From Basidiobolus meristosporus CBS 931.73 (lineage: Eukaryota > Fungi > Basidiobolomycota), in contig MCFE01000219.1 in the NCBI GenBank assembly GCA_002104905.1, positions 1 to 64,000 on the forward strand: 64,000 nucleotides of DNA, given 5' to 3'. A program made the translations under genes and the position numbers. The notes under the pieces were generated by a model, which made no database searches, was not told the origin of the DNA, and worked only from the letters and a program-made list of their open reading frames with translations. Below, piece by piece: positions 24,426 to 36,365 of the stretch (the stretch's first letter is position 1; every line of letters starts with the position of its first letter).

Positions 24426-24801
24426 AAGTTATATATATGAAAATTTTGAAGGATCAAAGTTTTTGGGTGATTGTGCAAGTAATACACGTGATACAAAGCT
24501 AAAATTATGCAGTGGCGCAGATCGGACATAGGCGCAGCATCTGTGAGAATTTCATGTGATATGATTGGCTGGTTTGAAAGTTACACACAATCAAAGTCAC
24601 CATAGTAATCCTAAAAGTTATATATATGAGAATTCTCAAGGATCAAAGTTTTTGGGCAATTGTGGAAGCAATACACGTGATACAAAGCTAAAATTATACA
24701 GTGGCGCAGATCAGACATAGGCGCAGCACCTGTGAGAATTTCATGTGATTTGATTGGCTGGTTTGAAAGTTATATGCAATCAAAGTTGCCATAGTAATCC
24801 T
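24426..24801. repeat. Two tandem copies of a 189-bp unit
   Basis: Copies start at 24426 and 24615. Each contains CACGTG, GTGGCGCAGATC and GATTGGCTGG. Confidence 0.95.
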
Positions 24802-25255
24802 TGCAATAATGCATAATATATAATAATTGGACTCTTTTGGTCATAACTCCTCAAGTACTGCTTCAAATGAGCTGCAATTTGAAACATGTGTTGACTGTTG
24901 TAAGAGTCTTGGAGATATTGGAAGTGATTGGGAGAACAAGTAGATTATGTGGTTTTCACTTAATGATTTATTGAATGTAAAAGTAGTATTTATACTTTTA
25001 CCTGGTCTTGGCATTACAAACACGTAGAATAGGTTAAGGAAGGTCCCAAGAACATGTGTGCAAAGTTTGGGGCTGTTTGGACAACTTTGAGAATTTTCAT
25101 GTTCTGGGTACCTGGTATTTTGGTGAAAATATTCTAAGTAAATCCCGACAAGGAATTTGGTCAGTATTTTCTAGGATTTGAAGGTAATGATCTAAGTGAC
25201 TAAGTTAGGTGAATATTTAGGTGGAAATACAAATTTTTACAACACTCCCACTCAG

Positions 25256-28200
25256 CTAAATGTTCATACTGACTAGTCCTAATTTTGACCTAAGATATTC
25301 AAACTTGTCTCTACCTAATGGTTTGGTAAATATGTCTGCAATCATTTCATCTGTAGGACAGTAAACTAAGCTAACTAAGTTACTCTCTATAGCTTCATGT
25401 ATGAAATGATGTCTAATATCTATGTGCTTGGTTCTAGCATGAAAAGTTGGATTTCTACCTAATTGTATACATCCTTGATTATCTTGAAATAAAGTAATAG
25501 GCGTTTTTTGACATAGGCCTAAATCTGTAAAGAGCTTTCTTAGCCACATTGCTTCTTTTGTAGCTTCACAGGCTGCCATATACTCTGCCTCTGTAGTAGA
25601 AAGTGCTACGGTTGGTTGCTTTCTTGAATTCCATGAAATTGCTCCTTTACAGTAAAGAAAGGTGTATCCTGTGGTGGATCTTCTGTCTTCTAAATTTTGT
25701 CCCCAATCAGCATCAGAGTATCCCACAAGATCCTGTTCTGAATCCTTATAAGTGTATCTTAAGCAGATATCAGCAGTTCCTTTTAGGTATCTAAAAATCC
25801 GCTTAACTGCTGCAATATGATCAGATCCATAATTCTGATTATGTTGGCTGACAACTCCGATGGCACCAAGCTCTCTTGATTTGGTTGAGTTTTGACCAAG
25901 TTAAGGTTTGTCTCCATTGGGGTAGCTGCCGGTTTACAGTCTTCCATTTTGTACTTCTTTAGTATATCTTGAATATACTTGGATTGGCTTAGGGTAATAG
26001 TCTGGGTACTTCTGTCTATGGAGAACTTAATCCCTAAGTAGTAACTGAGTTCTCCTAGATCGGACATCTTGAACTCCTTAGATAGGCTGGATTTAGTCTC
26101 TTCCAATGTTTCCAGGTTATTGGTGGCTATAATAAGATCATCCACATATAGAGCTAATAGAACTGGATTTGCTCTATCTGGCTTATAGTATATACTATAG
26201 TCAGCATTACTCCTTTTGAAACTCAAAGATTCCAAATAAGAATCTATCTTGCAATTCCAGGCTCTTGGTGATTGTTTGAGACCATATAGTGACTTTGTAA
26301 GCTTGCAGACCAAATGGGGGTTATCTTGGTCAACAAACCCATCAGGCTGGTCCATATACATGTCCTCATCAAGTTCTCCATTCAAAAATGCAGTTTTTAC
26401 ATCCATTTGATGAATAAAAAACTTATATTTGGCTGCAATAGCCAATATTAATCTGATGGAATTAAACTTGGCTACCGGTGCAAAGGTCTCAGTATAGTCA
26501 AGTCCTTTTGTTTGAGAGTATCCTTTGGCTACAAGTCTTGCTTTGTATCTTTCAATTGTACCATCAGCCTTGTACTTTGTCTTGAAGACCCATCTGCATC
26601 CAATTGATTTTTGGTTGATTGGTAATTTGACTAAGTCCCAAGTTTGATTTTCCATCAGGGCCTGATATTCCTCAGTCATTGCAGATCTCCAAAACTTTGT
26701 CTGAGGGCTATTTAGGGCCTCTTTTACAGTCTGGGGTTCATCAATATGGACTGAATAGGCATAGGCTAAGTTTGTACCCTCATTGATATAGTAATTTGGG
26801 CTATTTCTTGTCCAATTGGATCTCCGGGCATTTGATACTGGAATGATCACTTCTGGGATATTCCTGGGCACTGATTCTGGCTGAACCACGGTTGTAGAGT
26901 CCTCTGGAGTGAAAAAATTCTCATTGTTTTGCTCTGATTCAATCCTGACAATTGGTGGACTTGAGATCAAATTTTCGTCATCATCTGATGTCATTTTTTG
27001 TGAAAATTTTGAATATTCATCAAACAACACATCCCTGGACTTGATCAGCTTCTTTGCTTTGGTATTGTAGAGTCTGTATGCCTTACTCTCATTGCAGTAG
27101 CCCAAAAATATGCATTTTACACTTTTTGGCTCAAATTTTGACTGATTTCCGGCCAGTTTTTTGGCATATGCTGTACACCCAAATATTCTTAGATGTTCTG
27201 CACTTGGTCTGTATCCATACCATGCTTCAAATGGAGTAGAATCACGAAGTATTCTGTTATAACTCTTATTTTTAAGATATACAGCAGTGGCAACTGATTC
27301 CACCCAAAAATCATAGGATAATTTTTGATCATGGATCATAGATCTTGCCATATCAATTATTGATCTGTTAGCTTGTTCTGCTACTCCATTTTGCTGTGGG
27401 GAGTATGGTACAGTAGTCTCTTGCTTTATCCCATGAATTTTGCAGAAGTGGATGAAGAGTTTTGAGGTATATTCTCCACCATTGTCAGAGCATATTTTCT
27501 TGATTTTTTCACCAGTTTCTCTCTCCACCATGGCTTTAAACTCCCTGAACTTAGACAGAGCTTCTTCCTTTCTCTCCACAAAGTAGACCCATGTGTATCT
27601 TGTATAATCATCAATAAAAGTGATTAAATACTTCATCCCGCTGTGGTGGTGTATAAGTCCAAGGGAGAGATACGTCCAACACTTCTCAAGTGTTTTGTGT
27701 GTGGGGTGTTCACTGGGTGCGATAACCTCTGGCAAAAGCTTGCTAGGAATACTTGGGTTCTGTCTCTAATCTAATGTGAAGGGGAATAAAGCCACAAGCT
27801 TGTCAAGGGAAAACTATTGAGCTACAATCCCCAACTTAGTTGGCGTCTTAACAAAAGTATGTGCTGGGTTCAGCGTCCTTTGAGATGACAATGTACTAAA
27901 GCTTCCAAAGTCAAAACAACTGTAAACTCCACCAGCAGGGACTTGATAAGAATGCAGCTTTGGTCAATAGTTACAAAGACAGAAAAGTATCTTTGCCTGT
28001 ACAAGAACAAACTTGGGAAAGAATCAAATATAATAAAAGATACCTACTCTGAGTATTCCTCACAAGTAGTGCCTCCAAGGTCAGTTGGCTGTCAGCGCGG
28101 TTTCCTGGGAGTGTCCTGTGGTCTAGGGTTGGAAGTTCAGGTAGCAGCAGGTAGCAGTGATCACACTAATCAACAAGTTGGTATATTGATAAAAGGGATG

Positions 28201-30214
28201 ATGATTTATTGTTGAGGGATAGCCTCCCTTATATACTTTTCTTACTGGCTAAGTGATTACTAATCATGGTGTTCCAGAAGGTTCCAGAGATCAATAGAAA
28301 TCTTAATGACATCAGAATGACCTAAGAATGTTCTAAGTAGGTGCCGGAAGGTTCTAAGAGGCACAGCACATCCGACCAATCAGGAATCAGTATTCTGAAA
28401 CCTGTGTAACATGGGGATACCATATATGGTATGGAAATGGTAGGGATGGTAACACGGGCTGATCATGTGTCATGGGTACTGGCGCGGGTACTTGCCTAAT
28501 ATAGAAGTACTTATAGCTAGTAATCTTACATAAAGTGAGGGTTAACTTATGCAATAAGGTAAGCAGGTGTGATAGTCAACCGGCTTATGGGATAGTACTG
28601 ATTGGGTAAGACAAATGGGATAAAACTAAAATAAGTGTAGTAGAGATATAGGGAAGTAGAAAATAAGGGAATGAGCACATCTGTCAGTGGGTGTCACTGT
28701 CACCCCACTACACCGCCAAGGATAAATTTTGCATAGGTCCACACAGATCTGAGTGAATTAGATCTAATTTTTTCTTAGTTTTGATTAACCCAGAGCTCTT
28801 GAATGGTTGTCTGGCTTGTTTCCCATATATGCAGGCTTCACAGTGCTCCAAATTAGCTGGGGGATCAATTTTCACTCCAGAAATTAGCTGATCTTTGATC
28901 ATTTTACGCAAATAATCAAAATTGATGTGTCCAAGTCTCCTGTGCCAAAGCATTGGTGTTTCTTCATTTAAGTTACTTATATTGGCTTCCAGATATGATG
29001 GAATATAAGTCAACTTGTATAGATTCTGATCTCTGATGCCCAAAGCAATATGAGCACCATTTTGATCAGTGATCTGCATCCAGAATTGTCAAAACTGAAA
29101 CTGAGTCCTTCTGCTGTGGCCTTGCTTACAGAGAGTAGGTTCTTGGCTATTTCTGGTACATAGAGTACTTCTTTAAAGGTCAGTGTATGGCTTCCTTCAC
29201 TGCTTCTTAAGGTTTACTTGGATAGTTCCTTCTCCCACTGCATCAAGTGTTCTATTGTCACCCATGAAAACCTTCTTAATTGGAATTTCTTGATATTGGG
29301 TAAAAAGTTCTTTTTGGTGTGTAAAGTGTTGAGAAGCTCCAGAGTCAATATACCACGTCTGAGAATCCTTGTTTGTGGTCATATTTAGTGCAGATATGAA
29401 TAGTCTATCTTCAGTTGTTGCAGCATTTCCATATTCAGGCTTCTTTTGCTGATAATCTCTCTTTTTGAAACACCGGTCTGATGTGTGTCCTTTCCTTTTG
29501 CAGTAGTTGCAAAATAGGTTGCTGTTGCCTTTGTAGGGTCTTGGGTACCTCCTTTGTTGGTTATCATTGCTTATTAAAGCATTTTCTTCTTCCTTCTTAT
29601 TGGCGCTTGATTTTCTTAATTCTTCATCCAGGAGCCTTCCATATACGTAATTTAAGGTCAAATCTTCAGTTCTGGACTCTAGGGCTGATACAAGGCCCTG
29701 AAACCTGTCTGTCAGGCTATTCAGGATGGTAACTATCACATCCTCATCAGTAGTTGGTACGCCCACAGATTCCATCTCATCTACCAGCAGGGTAATTCTG
29801 TTAATTAGATTTTTCATTTCTTCTCCTGGCAGCATCTTTGTAGTAAAGAATTTTCTTCTCAGATACATTTTCTTGGCAGCTGAACATGACTGGTAGGTGT
29901 CTTCTAATGCTTTCCAGGCATTCTTTGCCTGTTTTTGCTCTTGAGCATTGAATTAGCAATTTGTCCTTGACATTAAGGCAAATGCAGTTAAAGGCACTTT
30001 GTTCTTTCTTCTGGTACTTCAAGGCTTCCTCTCCCACGTTTTTAGGAGGGCATTCTTCTCCTATGACAATATCCCAAAGGCCTCTTTCTTGCAGCAGCAT
30101 CTTCATCTTCACCTTCCACACTTGGTAGTTAGATCCATCCAACTTTTCAGCAGAGGGAAAAATTCCAGTAATAGCAGTAGTAGACATTGCAGAGAGTGAC
30201 AGCTTGGGGCTCAT
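25256..30214 (-). pseudogene. Copia family 2 gag-pol (gag frameshift, solo-LTR insertion in integrase, deletion in the RT-RNase H linker)
   Basis: LDGSNYQVWKVKM, CNYCKRKGHTSDRC, WYIDSGAS, HSDLCGP, FIDDYTRY, SDNGGEY, MDVKTAFLNG, LYVDD, YSDADWG, ADIFTKPL. Confidence 0.95.
27642..28712. repeat. 1071-bp solo LTR (or LTR-like insertion) of an unrelated family
   Basis: TGTGGTGG...CCACTACA termini with 4-bp TSD CCGC (27638-27641, 28713-28716). The Copia integrase rejoins across it. Confidence 0.88.
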
Positions 30215-30758
30215 AACCTGTTGTAAGAGTCTTGGAGATATTGGAAGTGATTGGGAGAACAAGTAGATTATGTGGTTTTCACTTAATGATTTTTTGAATG
30301 TAAAAGTAGTATTTATACTTTTACCTGGTCTTGGCATTACAAACACGTAGAATAGGTTAAGGAAGGTCCCAAGAACATGTGTACAAAGTTTGGGGCTGTT
30401 TGGACAACTTTGAGAATTTTCATGCTCTGGGTACCTGGTATTTTGGTGAAAATATTCTAAGTAAATCCCGACAAGGAATTTGGTCAGTATTTTCTAGGAT
30501 TTGAAGGTAATGATCTAAGTGACTAAGTTAGGTGAATATTTAGGTGGAAATACAAATTTTTACAACATTGACTACTATGTGTTCTGTATGACATAACATT
30601 CTTGGGTGAATTGCATGTCTGGGTCTGGAGCATTTGTCCTTCAAAGTTGGAAATTCTTGATCTTTCACTTGTGTGTTACAATAGCAAAAAGCAAAATAAT
30701 GAAATGAGTGCAATATTGGTTCAGAGATATTGTAGTAATGGAATACTTTCCATTACCA

Positions 30759-31489
30759 CAGATAAAGGAAAAGGTAAAGGGAAAAAGGTCTACCCAAGCC
30801 TGAGACAGGGAGGCATGCAAAAAAAACTGCAGTTCTTGCCAATTAATGCCACAAGCCAGGAACAGACTGAATCCCATCATAGCCAAGAAGAATTACCAAC
30901 AAGAAAACAGCTGCTTTCACAAGAGTTGGAAGCGCAGACAGTTGAGCTACACTCCAGCAAGGTAGATGAGTTTGCTGAAAAAGGCAATTTGTCTACCACA
31001 GCCTCCACAGCCTCCATTGTTGACAGAGTGGAGATCCCACTGAAAGATAAAGCTACAATGTCAAGAGCTCAAAAGACTATCACAATGCCTTCAGTGGAGT
31101 TTTGGAACATGAATAGGCATACCAAGAGGTTGCAGCACTTCTTCAAGAGCAGTGCTCAAGAAAACACACTGGAATATTGCAAGGATTTATTACAAAGACT
31201 GGCAGATGAGGAGCTAGACCTTGCAGTGCTGGCTGAAGACCAGGACATGCGGGAACCAGTGAATGAACAGTGGCATAAAGCCATTGGGTTCCCACCAAAG
31301 TTGTGTAACCAGAGCATTACAGCAGAAATACTTATTGAGTGGTGGATTTTAATGGAGTTACTTGTTGAGTGTGGGGTTGGGCTTAATGTTAGTGTAGGGT
31401 ATAGAGACTTGTATAGGTCAATACAATTGGCAATTGAGGTACAACCAAGTTTCAACAGAAATAAATCAATTTGTATGCATGAAAAGTAA
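30759..31489 (+). pseudogene. C-terminal part of CACTA-associated gene A (unknown family), best-preserved copy
   Basis: Open frame (track ORF 30602-31489), homologous from ~30759 onward to 17840-18430 and to the reverse complement of 10770-11470. It points toward the type B terminus. Confidence 0.7.
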
Positions 31490-31790
31490 GAGATACGGTT
31501 GAGGAAGTAAAGAGTGTGAAAAGAGGCAATAGCCAATCAATTCACACAAACATAGGAGGCAATAGAGTGTTCAGGATCAGAATGTGAGCAAATTGGCAGG
31601 GAACCAATCAAAAGCCACTTATACATTGTTTTGATGAAAAATTTTAACAAAGTTTTTTGTGAAATCTGGGGTGCAATTATTTTTCAACAGTCTCTGGACG
31701 GTGTCCTGACAAGATCTGTACCTCTTAGTCACAGGACATTAACTTTGTGACGGCCTTTTGATGGCATCATGTCAATAATTTTTCATAGGG

Positions 31791-34400
31791 GGAAGTAAAG
31801 GCTACTTTCAAAGTATGTATGACCATGCTTTTGTCTTGGTACTTGATGAGTTCTCATTAAACAAGTACTCTGCCAGCAAATTCTGCTAGCCACTGATTAT
31901 CTTCAACCTAACTCTGCTGCCAATCTTGCAGCATCAGAACAGAAATCGGATGGTATTTTCACTGATATCTAAGGCCAATCATTATTGAATCAGGATAGCT
32001 ACTTGAATCCATTGCTAGATGTGTTTTGTATGCTATCCAGCAGAATACTAGTTAACAACTATCAACTCAAAGTTTGTATTATTACCTGCATTGGATATAC
32101 CATGGCCTTAAGTAAGATGGCCAGCTTTTCTGGGCACAATGGATGGTATTGCTGTCAATTGTGCAAGATCCAGGGGATTTATTCCATAATTCACACATTA
32201 TTATTATCCCACCACCAATACTGAGAGCATCATCTTCTCACAAAGAGAACTGACAGAAGTCAGCGTGCAATTGCTGCAAAGCTGGCAACTATAAGCCATT
32301 GATCAGAATATGGAATTAATCAAAACCAGGGTGTCATGATCACATGACAATCATGAACACCCATGCCAAGTTTCAGCTTCATAGCTCAATTTCTAAGAGA
32401 TTCCTTCTGGAACCTTCTACCACCTTCAAGAAAGTTCCTGACCCTTCCAAACCACTGTTACACAATGGAACATTCCATGGAAGCTTCCCATTGTATTTTT
32501 CATAGTCCAGTACCATATATGGAAATACCAGGTCACATGACTTAGTCACATGATCAGGTGACCTAATCCACTTCCCCATCCTGTCTCAGTGCCGTGTCAT
32601 CTATGTCATTATCCCCAGCACCATTGCTGTGCCTCACCCCACAACCCCATTAGTATTAGCCAATATCTCTTGGCATCAGTATAACAAAAAAAGTGTATAT
32701 AGTCCTATCCCCCCTTAAGTATTCCTCAGTCTGATAAACACAGGTCTTGAATAAACAGCCTTGCCTTGAATCCTGCCTTGCCTTGATGGTCCACACCTAA
32801 GTTCTTTCCTGCCATGCCTAGCTTTTCCTCCTGCCTTGTGTCTATTCATTACACAGGGACACTAAAGATAGTAGGAATCTGTTGCAGCAAGAGCTTCCCA
32901 TTGGGAGCAATGCATTTGCTCTTCAACAATACATATGTTAGGACTGTATGATCTGGATATTTATTGATTTAAGTGGCCTTCTGAAGCTATTTCTGCCCTA
33001 AGTACATTGGAAGCTTTAGCAGTCATATGTAAACATTGTAGGAATATCTATCCCAAAGCAGATCACCAATGTCAACTTGGCCCATTTGGAGCTTTTATGT
33101 AAGGAGTTCTTGACAGGGTTTGGGCAGCCATACCACTGGAATAAAGCTAACCATGTAGATCTCTACCACTACTGCATCCATTCTTGACTCCATCTTGCTT
33201 GGTGTGTGGAGAATACTGGACCTTGCTTCACTCTTTAGGAGTTTTCTATGAAGTGGATGTGAGGAGAGATAAGATGTGGAGTCAAGTTGCAAGTTCTACC
33301 ATATCCCAAACTCTTCAGAACATAACCTTAAAGTCTGTCATCAATGTGTTCAGTTAGCATGTGAATGACAGCCAGAAAGAATTAGATAATACTGAGGGCA
33401 GATGTGCACATGGACACACCTATGCCTTAAACATTAAGAAGCTAAGAAGCCCCAATGCATTGGTAATCAGTTAAGCAATGCAAAGTTCAGTTGGATGCAA
33501 CTAGCAGCAAATACCTATTAGGACAACTTTACTAATGTATGCCAGGCTCCTCCTGGGTACCAGTTGATTTCTATATCATTCAATATGGAATTCATTCAAA
33601 CAAGAGCCAGAGCATACCCATTAAGGGGACTAGGATTCAGCAGGGAGAAGGAATATATTTGCCAAGTACCAAAAAAACTTGTAAATATTCAAGAGGTATT
33701 TATGGCAAAAGTGGTGGCACCAAGCATATGCTTGCAAGATGTTTATGTTACCTATAATACAAGGTATATGGTAACTTGGCAAGTATCACATGGAAAAGCC
33801 ATAAAGTTGAGGTGATAGAAGCATGTCAATTGCAGCAGGTGTGCACATATGTAGCAGTTAGTCAGCAGGATGCCATAGTCTTTTTAATTCAAGCTCTGTG
33901 TGGAATGCCAACAACAGTAGTGGGTAAGCAAATAGATTAGGGTGATTCTATAATGAGATATATGAATGTTACTAGGGGGTGGCAAAAGGAAAAACTATTT
34001 GGTAAACTGGTACAGTAGCATTATACAGTACTAGCTGTAGGCTGCCATGCTGCTGGTATAATGCTAACTGATGTCCAAATCAAGGCTGTCAAAATGCCAT
34101 TAAGTTTTTTTCCATATAGGGAATATGCAAATACTGGCTGGTTGGGTCCAGTCAAATAAGTGTAAGCTGCAATATGACTGTTAGAATGCCATTTAAATCC
34201 CATTGAAGAACCACCTAAACTCTGTTAAGTTTACTAACCTATTTGGCAGTAAAATCAGTAAAACACTGCCACAATCCCATCATAAGATTGTTAGGAGGGT
34301 CATTAGTTTCAAACTGTTGGTATTATCACAGCCCCATTGCAGGATCTTAATATCTGCTCCAGATTGGATCTACCTGCAAGACAAGTAATTTTTCATAGGG
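31791..34400 (+). mobile_element. Remainder of the host CACTA copy: tnp2 fragments, 3' region and type A terminus
   Basis: Homologous to the reverse complement of 19852-22330. Ends GTAATTTTTCATAGGG at 34400. Confidence 0.8.
32332..32853 (+). repeat. 522-bp solo LTR of a third family
   Basis: TGTCA...TTACA termini with 5-bp TSD CAGGG (32327-32331, 32854-32858). tnp2 homology rejoins across it. TATA-like GTATATAG and AATAAA inside. Confidence 0.85.
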
Positions 34401-36365
34401 TTTGAGGAAAGTATTCCACCATTGTCAGGGCTTATTTTCTTGATTCTTTTCACCAGCTTTTCTTTCCGTTATGACTTTAAGCTCCCCAAGCCTAGATAGT
34501 GCTTCTAATTTTCTTTCCAGGAAGTAGACTCAAATGTGTCTGGTACAATATCAATAAATGTGATTAAACACTTCATTCTACCAATGGACAAATTTTGCAT
34601 AGGTCAACACAGATCTGGGTAAGTTAGATTAGTTTTCTTTGTAGTCTTGAATAACCCAGAGCTATTGAACAGTTGTCTGGCTTGTTTCCCATTTATGCAG
34701 GCTTCACAGTGCTCAAAATTAGCAGAGGGAGCAATTTTTACTCCAGAAGTTAGCTGATATTCAACCATCTGGTGCAAATAATAAAAATTTATGTCCAAAT
34801 CTCCTGTGCCAAAGCTTTGGTGTTACTTTGTTCAAGTTACCTATATTGGCTTCCAGACATGATGGAATATAAGCTAACCTGTACAGATTCTGATCTGTGA
34901 CACCCAAAGCAATATGAACATCATTTTGATCAGTGATTCTGCATGCAAAATTGTCAAAACTAAATTGATTTATTTGGCTGTTGCCTTGCCTATGGATAGC
35001 AGATTCTTGGCTATTTCTGGTACATGGAGTACTTCTTGGAAGGTAAATATGTTGCTTCCTTCACTACTTCCAAGGTTTACTTGAATAGTTGAACTGTTCT
35101 ATCATCACCCATGAAAACCTTTTCAAATAGAGTTACTTGATATTGGGCAAAAAGTTCACTTTGGTGTGTAAAGTGTGAAGATGCTCCAGAGTCAACATAC
35201 CACCTCTGAGACTGCTTGTTTGTGCGCATTTTTAGTGCAAATATTACTATTCTATCCTCACCTGTTGCAGTATTTCAATATTCAGGCTTTTTCTGCTGAT
35301 TGACTTTCTTTTAGAGCAGCAGTTTGATGGGTGTCCTTTCCTTTTGCTGTAGCTGCAATAAAGTTGATGTTGCCTTTAAAGGGTCTTGAGTACCTCCTTT
35401 GCTGGTTATCATTGCTTATTAGAGCATTTTCTGCTTCCTTCTTATTTGCACTGGATTTTCTTAATTACTCATCAAGGAGCCTCCCATATATATAATTCAA
35501 GATCAAGTTTTCAGTTCTGGGCACTATGGCTGATACAAGGCCCAGAAATCTGTCTGTCAGGCTATTCAGTAGGGTAACTATCACATCTTCATCAGTAGTT
35601 GATATGCCCACTGATTTCATCACCCCACCCAACAGTGTAGTTTTATTAATGAAATTTCTCATTTCTTCTCCTGGCAGCATCTTTGTAGTAAGGGATTTTT
35701 GTCTGAGATACAATTTCTTAGCATCTGAACATGACTGGTAGGTGTCATCCAATGCCTCCCAGACACTCTTTACCATTTTTGCTCTTGAGCATTGATTAGC
35801 AATTTGTCTTTAGCATTAAAGCAAATGCAGTAAAGGACACTTTGTTCTTTGTTCAGGTACTTTAAGTCATCCTTTCCCACGTTTTTAGGAGGGCATTCTT
35901 CTCCTATGACAATATCCCAAAGGCCTCTTTCTTGTAGCAGCATCTTCATCTTCATCTTCATCTTCAACTTCCACACTTGGTAGTTAGATCCATCCAACTT
36001 TTCAGCAAAGGGAAAAATTCCAGTAATAACAGTAGTAGACATTGCAGAGAGTGACAGCTTGGGGCTCATGACCTGTTGTAAGAGTCTTGGAAATATTGGA
36101 AGTGATTGGGAGAACAAGTAGATTATGTGGTTCTCACCTAATGATTAATTGAATGTACAAGTAGTATTTATATTTTTACATGGTCTTGGCATAACAAACA
36201 TGAAGAATAGGTTAAGGAAGGTTCCAAGAACATGTGTGCAAAGTTTGGGGCTGTTTGGACAACTTTGAGAATTTTCATGTTCTGGGTACCTGGTATTTTG
36301 GTGAAAATATTCTAAGTAAATCCCGACAAGGAATTTGGTCAGTATTCTCTAGGATATGAAGGTAA
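34401..36365 (-). mobile_element. Older truncated copy of Copia family 2 (partial LTR 36074-36365, gag, protease, start of integrase)
   Basis: Collinear with 27460-27640 and 28713-30510. PBS GGTCATGAGCCCC at 36061-36073. Cut off exactly at the CACTA terminus at 34400. Confidence 0.9.

Larger units (their letters stand above)
24896..30567 (-). mobile_element. Ty1/Copia LTR retrotransposon, family 2, recent insertion
   Basis: 349-bp LTRs (24896-25244, 30219-30567) with 3 mismatches seen. 5-bp TSD TTGAC (24891-24895, 30568-30572). PBS GGTTATGAGCCCC at 30206-30218. PPT AGTGGGAG. Confidence 0.97.
19852..31790 (-). mobile_element. CACTA/EnSpm element inserted into a same-family transposase; carries a foreign UDG-like island, a Copia insertion and solo LTRs
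   Basis: Termini CCCTATGAAAGATAAT (19852) and ATAATTTTTCATAGGG (31790). The host tnp2 rejoins across it with an apparent 2-bp GA duplication (one extra G). Confidence 0.8.

Noticed and set aside
24513-24580. tRNA/SINE-like A box (TGGCGCAGATCGG) and B-box-like GGTTTGAAAG in the 189-bp repeat
   Set aside because: The B box is a poor match and I could not fold a cloverleaf, so no tRNA or ncRNA is called.
24841-25023. ORF MFVMPRPGK..., also forming the 5' extension of ORF 29801-30346
   Set aside because: It lies inside the Copia-2 LTR and is a chance frame. The real gag start is at 30214.
10515-34402. TT dinucleotide as a TSD pairing the 10517 and 34400 termini into one 24-kb element
   Set aside because: TT carries little information. 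The right flank is Copia integrase sequence while the left flank is not, so the two ends do not share a target site. The pairing is supported by orientation only.
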